The position numbers and the translations under genes were made by a program. From Candidatus Sungiibacteriota bacterium (GTDB taxonomy: Bacteria; Patescibacteriota; Minisyncoccia; Sungbacterales; HO2-52-23): DNA of 64,000 bases. Below, one piece after another: positions 26,021-33,355 of the stretch (positions are counted from its first letter, which is position 1; each line of letters starts with the position of its first letter). The notes below the pieces were generated by a model. The model had not been told where the DNA came from. It ran no database searches and was given only the letters and a program-made list of their open reading frames with translations. The stretch is from contig JACPBG010000001.1 of assembly GCA_016180435.1 (NCBI GenBank), positions 216,006 through 280,005 of the forward strand, written 5' to 3'.

Positions 26021-26183
26021 AGAAATTCTTTATGCAAAAAGCTCAGCATAGCATATAATTTTATACCATATAAAGCAAGATCCCCTTTTTAAGGGGGGCC
26101 TTGCCGGACAAATGGAGTTTTCAGAAGTCACTCCTGAAAACACTCACATGTTCTATTTGTAGCAAATTGCCAATAAAAAGTCA

Positions 26184-26284
26184 ACCCCGTTAGAGATTTG
26201 GTTATCCACATTACACATGCGCGTCAAAAAACACCTAAAACGTATTTCATCAGTACTACAAGAATCTTACATCTCTAACGGGGT
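26184..26284. mobile_element. Small TIR-bounded element (MITE-like), copy a: ACCCCGTTAGAGAT ... ATCTCTAACGGGGT
   Basis: 14-bp perfect terminal inverted repeats flanking ~73 bp non-coding DNA; same TIR family at 37057, 39537, 52234, 52257. Confidence 0.65.
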
Positions 26285-26305
26285 CAATACCCTTTATCCA
26301 CAGAT

Positions 26306-26343
26306 TAATTAAAAAAGTGTTAAACACCGAGTGTTTAACACTT
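26306..26343 (-). terminator. Rho-independent terminator of gene 26372-26896
   Basis: Minus-strand aagtgttaaacactcggtgtttaacactt (13-bp perfect stem) followed by ttttttaatt. Confidence 0.7.
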
Positions 26344-26371
26344 TCTATACATTAAACAGATTCTCCTATCA

Positions 26372-26896
26372 TTATGTTGAACCGGAGTACCGTGCATTGT
26401 TGCAAAACCCGATCTCTTCTTCAATTTTTCTCAAAATGTCCTGCCGCTCGTATTCGCGCACCGCACGGCACTGAAGCGGAGACCGTACCCAAACAACACG
26501 CACCGTGCAATAAATTTTTTGGCAATATCTTTCCACCAAGCTGCAAACCGCCTTTCTCCCGGCTACAATTATGATTTCGGGGATAAAATTTATTATCTTA
26601 TTGCACAGGGGATATCGAATATAGGCAGGATAATCACTGATGAAATAACTCGCCGGATATGAAAATGCCTGGATGTCCTCAAAGTTATATACAAACACTT
26701 CTTTCAAACCGGTTATCTTTTCACGGATGATCGGGAAAGAAATAATTTCATGCACTTCCCGGGTGAGCCAGAGGCGGTTGGCTTCAAATTCCTCCGGAGT
26801 GGACCATAAACTCCTCCCCCTATAGGACGGAGGATTATCATAAACAACCATAAGCTTGAGCCGCATATCCACCCCCGATAATTGATGCAGGCGCAT
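26372..26896 (-). CDS. Hypothetical Cys-rich protein
   Basis: 174 aa (possibly starts at internal Met); C-terminal cysteines C-x8-C-x5-C-x11-C; no confident family assignment. Confidence 0.4.
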   Translation of the reverse strand: MRLHQLSGVDMRLKLMVVYDNPPSYRGRSLWSTPEEFEANRLWLTREVHEIISFPIIREKITGLKEVFVYNFEDIQAFSYPASYFISDYPAYIRYPLCNKIINFIPEIIIVAGRKAVCSLVERYCQKIYCTVRVVWVRSPLQCRAVREYERQDILRKIEEEIGFCNNARYSGST

Positions 26897-26953
26897 TGAA
26901 AGGTACTGGCTCCAGTATGTACCAAATCCTTAACAAAATCAACTGAAAACGCG

Positions 26954-28132
26954 TTGTATCATACAATGGACAGGAGAAAAATTTTATACGTCATTACCAA
27001 GTCAAACTGGGGAGGGGCGCAAAGATACGTTTATGATCTTGCCACAAATTTGCCGCAGAATCGTTTTGAAATTGCCGCGGCAACCGGAGGAAATGGTCTT
27101 TTGATTCAAAAATTGCGCAAAGCCGGCATACGCATTATAGACATCCGATCCTTTCAACGCGACATAAGTATCCTGAAAGAATTTATGGCATTCTGGCATT
27201 TATTTAAGGTATTTTTGCGCGAAAAACCGGATGTCATACATTTAAACAGTTCCAAAGCAGGCGGGATCGGGGCAGTAGCCGCGTTTCTCTACAAACTAAT
27301 AACTAATAACTGGTTACTGATAACTATCTTTACTGCTCATGGCTGGGGATTTAACGAGCCCCGGGCGCATTGGCAAAAATTCCTGATTAGAATTGCAAGT
27401 CGAACCGCCGCCCTATTTCAGGATAAAATCGTTGTGATAAATAACGCCGATTATGATGCCGTACGCTCATTTATTCCGCCGCACAAACTCTCGCTTATAC
27501 ATAACGGCATACGGCGTCCGGAATTTCTGCCAAGACGCGAAGCGCGCAAATTTTTAGAAGAAAAAATCGGACGTCCGCTTCCCTCCGATACACTAACCAT
27601 AGGAACTATTGCAGAACTCACCAAAAATAAAGGACTCATTTATTTGATTGACGCGGTCAATCAAATAAAAACAAAAAACAAAAGACAAAAGACAAAAGTG
27701 ATTATTATCGGAGAAGGTGAGGATAGAAAGATGCTTGAAGAAAAAATAAAAATATGCAATTTGCAAGATACGATTTTTATTACGGGATTCATTCCGGATG
27801 CCGAAAAATATCTAACGGCATTTGATATTTTTGTGCTCCCGTCGCTAAAAGAGGGCCTCCCCTATACTTTGCTTGAAGCCATGGCCGCCGGACTTCCCGC
27901 TATTGCAACCCGCGTAGGAGGAATTCCGGATATAATCCAAAACAACGAAAACGGCCTTATGGTTCCTCCGTCTGATCCGCAAGCCCTTTCCACCGCGCTT
28001 AAAACGCTCATCGAAAATACTGTAATCCGCGCGCGGCTCGGAAAACAAGCCAACCGAACCGTCAAGACAAAATTCACGCTCAATGCTATGATAGAAAAAA
28101 CAATTTCACTCTATAGCACACATGGCTACTAA
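26954..28132 (+). CDS. Glycosyltransferase family 4 (GT-B, Glycos_transf_1)
   Basis: 392 aa; C-terminal EGLPYTLLEAMAAGLPAIATRVGGIPDII...NGLMV motif. Confidence 0.85.
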   Translation: MYHTMDRRKILYVITKSNWGGAQRYVYDLATNLPQNRFEIAAATGGNGLLIQKLRKAGIRIIDIRSFQRDISILKEFMAFWHLFKVFLREKPDVIHLNSSKAGGIGAVAAFLYKLITNNWLLITIFTAHGWGFNEPRAHWQKFLIRIASRTAALFQDKIVVINNADYDAVRSFIPPHKLSLIHNGIRRPEFLPRREARKFLEEKIGRPLPSDTLTIGTIAELTKNKGLIYLIDAVNQIKTKNKRQKTKVIIIGEGEDRKMLEEKIKICNLQDTIFITGFIPDAEKYLTAFDIFVLPSLKEGLPYTLLEAMAAGLPAIATRVGGIPDIIQNNENGLMVPPSDPQALSTALKTLIENTVIRARLGKQANRTVKTKFTLNAMIEKTISLYSTHGY

Positions 28133-29513
28133 CCGCATCAAAATCACGCTTCTTATTTTAGGGGACTTTCTAACACTCTGGGGAACCCTAATTTTGATTT
28201 TGTTTCTCCGCTATCACGCCGATCAAGATTTCGATCTACAAAAAATGTTTCAAATCCATGTAGCGCCTTTTACTCTCGTATTTGCCGCCTGGCTCGTACT
28301 TTTCGGCGCTTTTGGATTATACGACATACGGACGCTCGGCCTCGTTACCATACGGGATGCGCGGAGGCTTTTATTAAGAATGACGGAAGCAATGGCGTTT
28401 AATACGGCCTCGGCCATTATCATTTTTTATTTGATTCCGGCATTTGAAATCGAACCGCGCCGCAATTTATTCTTGGTGGTTTTGGGATCATTATTCTTCA
28501 TCTTTACATGGCGCTGCCTTATTAATCTTTTCATAACCAAAGCCAAGCCCTTACCGATCGCATTTTTTGGCATTAACAAAGAAGTGGTGGAGCTTGCGGA
28601 TTGGCTCCTGAAAAATCCGCAGCTCGGAAGAAAGCCGGCCGCATTCATATCCGCAAACAGCGAGGACACCCTGCGTCCCCTGCCCCTTCCCGTGTTCACC
28701 CACACCCAAGACATGCAGCATCTAGCGCGCGATTTGGCGCTGGATGCCATAATCATTACCCGCGAGATCAAAGAGAATAAAACACTGACGCGCGCTCTTT
28801 TTCAAATGATACCGCTGGGCGTAGGCATTACGGAATTTACGGCATTCCACGAAATGCTCACCGGAAAAATCCCTTTATCACTCATAGGGGAAGTGTGGTT
28901 TTTGGAAAATCTGGCTGGCAGCCAAAAAGACATATATGAATTTTTCAAACGCGTGCTTGATATCGGACTTGCCATACTTCTGGGCATTCCATTTTTAGTC
29001 CTTTTACCTTTAACTGCAATTTTTATCAAAATCAATTCGCCGGGTAGAATATTCTTCCGGCAAAAACGGGTGGGTAAAAATGGAAAGGAGTTTTTTCTGA
29101 TAAAATTCCGTTCTATGGTGCAGACTGCCGAAAAACTTGGCGGATTTAAAAATGAATCCGAAGACCGCCGCCATACCGGCGTAGGAAAATTTTTAAGAAA
29201 AATATATATTGACGAATTGCCACAAATAATAAATGTTTTGCGCGGTGAAATGTCATTTATCGGACCGCGGCCGGAGCGGCCCGAATATGTCCGCGAACTA
29301 AAAGAAAAAATTCCGTTTTACGAAATGCGACTTTTAGTTCCGCCCGGCATCACCGGCTGGGCGCAAATTAATATGGAGAATGACGCATCCGTGGAGGATG
29401 CGCCGGAAAAAATGCAGTATGATCTTTATTACATCAAAAATCGTTCATTCCTGCTGGATATTCTAGTGGCGCTCCGCACAATTTTTATCATTCTCCGCCG
29501 CCCTGGAAGATAG
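28122..29513 (+). CDS. Polyprenyl-phosphate sugar phosphotransferase (WbaP/PssY-like initiating transferase)
   Basis: 463 aa; N-terminal TM helices, C-terminal Bac_transf domain (KFRSM, DELPQIINVLRGEMSFIGPRPERP, PGITGWAQIN). Confidence 0.85.
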   Translation: MATNRIKITLLILGDFLTLWGTLILILFLRYHADQDFDLQKMFQIHVAPFTLVFAAWLVLFGAFGLYDIRTLGLVTIRDARRLLLRMTEAMAFNTASAIIIFYLIPAFEIEPRRNLFLVVLGSLFFIFTWRCLINLFITKAKPLPIAFFGINKEVVELADWLLKNPQLGRKPAAFISANSEDTLRPLPLPVFTHTQDMQHLARDLALDAIIITREIKENKTLTRALFQMIPLGVGITEFTAFHEMLTGKIPLSLIGEVWFLENLAGSQKDIYEFFKRVLDIGLAILLGIPFLVLLPLTAIFIKINSPGRIFFRQKRVGKNGKEFFLIKFRSMVQTAEKLGGFKNESEDRRHTGVGKFLRKIYIDELPQIINVLRGEMSFIGPRPERPEYVRELKEKIPFYEMRLLVPPGITGWAQINMENDASVEDAPEKMQYDLYYIKNRSFLLDILVALRTIFIILRRPGR

Positions 29514-29576
29514 TTTGACATCTTAATACCAATATGATACCGTAACTTGAGACCCTTAAGTTAGCGGAGTGAAAAA

Positions 29577-29981
29577 ATGGCTTTTAGTATGCAGCGCCTT
29601 GTCCCGGCAAATGAAACTAAAAAGGGGAAGCGCACATGGAATTGGAACATGCCGGACGGAAAACAAATAACGATTTATCAGAGATATCGGGACGAGGAAT
29701 TCGGAAATCACTTCCATAAAGGAGGGGACCCTTCAAAAAATCCGGAAAGGTTTCTCCTTCTTAACGGGATAGTTTATTTTTGGCTCGAAGATAAAAACGG
29801 CCACAGATATACTATGGTACTAGACGCAACCGATGGACCGGTGGAAATCATGATACGACCGTATATTCTCCACGGCGCCCGGGCGCTGGCAGATTGTTGC
29901 TTTATCGAATACCGGCAGAGCAAATTTGATCCGGCACATACAGATACATATCCGGAAGAAATCTTTCGGGAAACACATTAA
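29577..29981 (+). CDS. Cupin-fold protein, WxcM/FdtA-like (sugar ketoisomerase-like)
   Basis: 134 aa; GNHFHKGG metal-binding-like motif, similar to cupins at 44349-44810 and 57212-57604. Confidence 0.5.
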   Translation: MAFSMQRLVPANETKKGKRTWNWNMPDGKQITIYQRYRDEEFGNHFHKGGDPSKNPERFLLLNGIVYFWLEDKNGHRYTMVLDATDGPVEIMIRPYILHGARALADCCFIEYRQSKFDPAHTDTYPEEIFRETH

Positions 29982-30007
29982 AAGAACGCCTGCGCGTTCT
30001 TTTTTTA
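29982..30007 (+). terminator. Rho-independent terminator
   Basis: aagaacgcctgcgcgttctt followed by ttttttt. Confidence 0.7.
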
Positions 30008-30106
30008 ATTTGGATGACCTCTCGTTAAATATTATGGGATAATGGTAAAAATGGGGGGCTAAATATGTTAGTATAAATGATACTTATCAACTAATTTATG
30101 TAAAAG

Positions 30107-30502
30107 TTACAATGGTCTACAAAAAACGGCAAAATTTGCCCTTCCTGCGGCAGAAAAAATGCAAAAAAGAACGGATATTCACGCGGCAAGCAGCAATATA
30201 AATGCTTAAAGTGCAATAAGAAGTTTTCCGGTCAAAGACGACGCGGTATTTTACAAAGTATTCTTTGGCAGCAATACGCCCATGATTATTGCACAGTAGA
30301 TCAACTGACCCGCAAGTATCACCGAAGCGAAAAGTGGATCCGATCTCAACTGGATGCATACCGATTCCCGGAACATAAGATGGCGCCGCGTCCGGTCGTG
30401 ATCGTGGCTGACGCCATGTTCTTTGGAAGACACTGGGGAGTGGTAGTAATGCGCGCTCCGCACAATTTTCATCATTCTCCGCCGCCCTGGAAGATAGGAT
30501 AA
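30107..30502 (+). pseudogene. Zinc-ribbon transposase remnant (IS1/IS1595-type N-terminus; truncated, no ATG start)
   Basis: Frame encodes KNGKICPSCGRKNAKKNGYSRGKQQYKCLKCNKKFS (CxxC-N17-CxxC ribbon) then ...PRPVVIVADAMFFGRHWGVVV resembling the start of a DDE domain; ORF ends inside the duplicated 45-bp segment. Confidence 0.45.
30453..30497. repeat. 45-bp direct duplicate (44/45 identical) of the 3' end of the sugar-transferase gene (copy 1 at 29469-29513)
   Basis: gcgctccgcacaattttcatcattctccgccgccctggaagatag vs gcgctccgcacaatttttatcattctccgccgccctggaagatag; encodes ALRTIFIILRRPGR* in both places. Confidence 0.9.
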
Positions 30503-30548
30503 AAACAGGTTATTATCACAAATTGTCATACGGAATATCTGTATTTTT

Positions 30549-30586
30549 TACTCTGATATGTATACGATCGAAATAATATCAGAGTA
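30549..30586. promoter_or_regulatory. 38-bp palindromic site TACTCTGATAT-N16-ATATCAGAGTA (copy A, downstream of PaaX-like gene)
   Basis: tactctgatatgtatacgatcgaaataatatcagagta; second copy at 31284-31321. Confidence 0.6.
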
Positions 30587-30638
30587 AATCTGAATATCCG
30601 CCGCAGAACCATACAGAAAAATAAGATAGATAATACAT

Positions 30639-31232
30639 TTAAATTTCGTGAATGGTCCCGCGCTTATTTACCGAAAAAATATGAACGTGCGGTAGTAACT
30701 TTCTTTCCCGAATTGCATGAATAAAATCCTCGTCTATGGCATTGCCGCGGCTAACCCAAACGCTTTTTTGCAACAATTTAAATTCCATTTCTCGAAGACA
30801 AGCACGAACCCAATCACGAGCCCTGCGCTCTTTTTCGGGGATGTCAAATGCAACAATTATCAAACCGCTCCCCGTCGGAGGATCAAGTGAAACGGAAAAT
30901 TTTGAAAAATTATTCTGGGAGCGATCACGGATATACCTTAATCGTTCAATGCCACGTTTAGTAATATTCCAAAATGACGACTTTCCTTTTTCTTTTTTTA
31001 CCACCAATCCCTCATGTTGCAAATAATTGAGGGTGTTGTAAAATTGACGATGTTTCCTATAGATATCGGCCCAATCAGTTTTGAACTGGCGCGGACCTTG
31101 AGATAAGAATCTCCGATAATCGCGACGTGCCTCAGATTTAGACATAAAAAAGGATTTAAATAAATCAACGGTCACTTCCGCCTCGAATTGAAGTAATTCT
31201 AGAATTTTTTCGACAAACGTTTCGCGCTTCAT
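30639..31232 (-). CDS. PaaX-family-like transcriptional regulator: N-terminal winged HTH + C-terminal Cas2-like domain
   Basis: 197 aa; C-terminal LIIVAFDIPEKERRARDWVRACLREMEFKLLQKSVWV parallels Cas2 N-terminal beta-alpha-beta (lVlVsYDIsdd.rRrkvaklL..yGqRVQySVF) and the PaaX middle domain. Confidence 0.55.
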   Translation of the reverse strand: MKRETFVEKILELLQFEAEVTVDLFKSFFMSKSEARRDYRRFLSQGPRQFKTDWADIYRKHRQFYNTLNYLQHEGLVVKKEKGKSSFWNITKRGIERLRYIRDRSQNNFSKFSVSLDPPTGSGLIIVAFDIPEKERRARDWVRACLREMEFKLLQKSVWVSRGNAIDEDFIHAIRERKLLPHVHIFSVNKRGTIHEI

Positions 31233-31283
31233 TTAAATATATTCAGTGGCCAAAAACCGCGTTCCAGCCCGCAAAAATTTATA

Positions 31284-31321
31284 TACTCTGATATTTATAC
31301 GATCGTATTTATATCAGAGTA
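31284..31321. promoter_or_regulatory. 38-bp near-perfect palindrome (copy B) ~50 bp upstream of PaaX-like gene; putative operator
   Basis: tactctgatatttatacgatcgtatttatatcagagta (34/38 self-complementary). Confidence 0.6.
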
Positions 31322-31382
31322 AAAAATATTATTACTGGTCTGGTACTACTTGGGGGGAAGATAAAAAAACAATTATTAATAC

Positions 31383-32294
31383 TCAAAAAATATGCAACAG
31401 AGTTTTCAACTCATTTATTCCGTCAACAAAAGATATTTTTGGTTCCCAGCCGAGAAGTTCTTTGGCTTTCTTGATATCGGCCAAAGTTTCTAATACTTCG
31501 CCCTGGCGCGATTCGATAAATTTCCACGGCCCGCCGATCATCTCGGCGATTTCAAGAACACTGTAGTTCGTTGCCGTACCGATATTTACTATTTCTCCTT
31601 TGCCTACTTGACCGGATTTCATGGCAAGCAAATTGGCGCGCGCCACATCCGTAACGTGCGTAAAATCCCTACGCTGGGTCCCATCCGGCACCACACTCAT
31701 TGGCGTACTATTCGCACGTTGCTCTAAAAAAATTCCAATTACAGTTGCATATGGTCCGTCGGAAGCAGTGGTTTGCCGAGGCCCATAAACATTAAAATAA
31801 CGCAAAGAAACTGTTTCTAGGCCATAAAAACGCGCGGCCATTTCGCAATATTGCTCCCCCACTCTTTTCTGAATCGCGTAAGGAATAATGGGCTCCGGAC
31901 GCATGTCCTCCGTAAGAGGCATCACATCTTTTCTGCCGTACGCGGAGGAAGACGCGGAATACACCACTCTTTTGACTCCCGCATCGCGCGCCGCCAAAAG
32001 AACATTCAACGTTCCAGTAATATTGATATCATTGGTAAGCCGCGGCTCTTTCAGGGAATATTGCATTCGGGGTTGCGCCGCAGTATGGAAAATTCCCGCT
32101 GCACCCTTGAAAACCGGCGCAAGTTTGTCAAAATCGCGGATATCCATCTCATGAAGGATGGCCTTAGGATTTAGCCGCTCGCGCTTGCCGGTCAAAAAAT
32201 TATCAATAACATGCACTTCGTCGCCGCGCGCAATCAGCATATCCACAATATGGGAGCCGATAAAACCAGCCCCGCCGGTTACAATAAATTTCAT
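31383..32294 (-). CDS. NAD-dependent nucleotide-sugar epimerase/dehydratase (extended SDR)
   Basis: 303 aa; TGGAGFIGSH Rossmann motif, YxxxK (YAIQK). Confidence 0.85.
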   Translation of the reverse strand: MKFIVTGGAGFIGSHIVDMLIARGDEVHVIDNFLTGKRERLNPKAILHEMDIRDFDKLAPVFKGAAGIFHTAAQPRMQYSLKEPRLTNDINITGTLNVLLAARDAGVKRVVYSASSSAYGRKDVMPLTEDMRPEPIIPYAIQKRVGEQYCEMAARFYGLETVSLRYFNVYGPRQTTASDGPYATVIGIFLEQRANSTPMSVVPDGTQRRDFTHVTDVARANLLAMKSGQVGKGEIVNIGTATNYSVLEIAEMIGGPWKFIESRQGEVLETLADIKKAKELLGWEPKISFVDGINELKTLLHIF

Positions 32295-32326
32295 TAGGAA
32301 TTAGGAATTAGGAATTAGGAATTAGT
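32294..32326. repeat. Tandem heptamer array (AATTAGG)x4.5 abutting the epimerase start codon
   Basis: attaggaattaggaattaggaattaggaattag; on the coding strand (CTAATTC)n runs directly into ATG with no Shine-Dalgarno. Confidence 0.85.
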
Positions 32327-32356
32327 GGAAAATAAAATTCGCCCGTAATTCTTAAT

Positions 32357-33325
32357 TCATACTTCCTTATTCATTTTCTTCTGTATCCATTCCTTATCAT
32401 GCACTGATACATCTTCTTCGGTAAGTCCCTGGGTTTCTAAAAGCGTTCGGTTGTACTCGCGCATGGACTTCAAAAAATTGATTCCCGCGGCCAGGCGCTT
32501 ATATTCATGCGATCCGGCGGGAATCCTTGTCAAAAATTCTTCTCCGCGCGCAATCAAGGCGCTGGTATCTTTCGGAAAACAATATCCGCCGTATCCGCGA
32601 TAACTATGATATCCGACATCCAGCCAGGATCCTCCGATCCGGCGGTCATGCGAAAGCATGACGCGGACATTCTCATAATCGGTTTTGGTTTTTGACATGC
32701 CGGACACCGTGGAGATTGCATCGCAAAAATCTTTAATAATATTCCCAAATGTTACTTTAAACGCTCCGAAAAGATTCCCCGCATATTTTCCCAACTCCGC
32801 TTCGGTGGCGTTCAGGCGCAAAAATTCATAGGTGCCAAGCGCTCCGGGAGAAGAAAAATATGCCATCGGGAGAAGATTTAAAATTGTACTCGCATAAGAT
32901 TTAGAGTGAGCAGTATATCCGACCACCTGCCGATCGGGATTTAGCATATCTTCCCAAGCCCGCGATTCAGTCAAAAATTCCGGATTGAATAAAATTTTAT
33001 GGTGCGGATGGCGCTTTTGCAGTTCTTCGGTGGTGCCCGGCGGAACGGTTGATTTTACAATTATGATTTTTTCGGAGCTTAACATCCCGAGGGCGGATTC
33101 CACCGCGCTTATATCAGCCGAGCCGCCTGCGGTCATGGGCGTCGGGACGCAAATAAAAACCGCGTCGGCAAAATTGATGTTATCATGAAATCCTTTTTTA
33201 GGATCAATATCATATAGGAACAATTCTTCACCGCGCTTGTATCCGCGAATTTCCTCAAAATACCGCTTAAGCGGAGTCCCCACCATGCCAATACCCATAA
33301 TCCCGATTTTTAATTGAGACACCAT
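32357..33325 (-). CDS. Nucleotide-sugar dehydrogenase (UDP-glucose/UDP-ManNAc 6-dehydrogenase family)
   Basis: 322 aa; N-terminal GxGxxG (IMGIGMVG), catalytic GGYCFPKD motif. Confidence 0.8.
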   Translation of the reverse strand: MVSQLKIGIMGIGMVGTPLKRYFEEIRGYKRGEELFLYDIDPKKGFHDNINFADAVFICVPTPMTAGGSADISAVESALGMLSSEKIIIVKSTVPPGTTEELQKRHPHHKILFNPEFLTESRAWEDMLNPDRQVVGYTAHSKSYASTILNLLPMAYFSSPGALGTYEFLRLNATEAELGKYAGNLFGAFKVTFGNIIKDFCDAISTVSGMSKTKTDYENVRVMLSHDRRIGGSWLDVGYHSYRGYGGYCFPKDTSALIARGEEFLTRIPAGSHEYKRLAAGINFLKSMREYNRTLLETQGLTEEDVSVHDKEWIQKKMNKEV

Positions 33326-33355
33326 ATGTATGAAACGAGGAATTGAAATGATAGG

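Noticed and set aside
26184-26300. Replication origin (oriC) inferred from DnaA-box matches
   Set aside because: Only isolated TTATCCACA copies, one inside a small TIR element; no dnaA/dnaN, no AT-rich DUE with box cluster; more likely regulatory or chance
26372-26896. Uracil-DNA glycosylase (family 4/5) assignment for the Cys-rich protein
   Set aside because: Lacks GE(A/G)PG and HPSPL-type motifs; cysteine spacing does not match UDG Fe-S pattern
30117-30529. Minus-strand ORFs 30117-30359 and 30251-30529 as genes
   Set aside because: Overlap the plus-strand zinc-ribbon ORF whose translation has recognisable transposase features; the minus-strand products have no features
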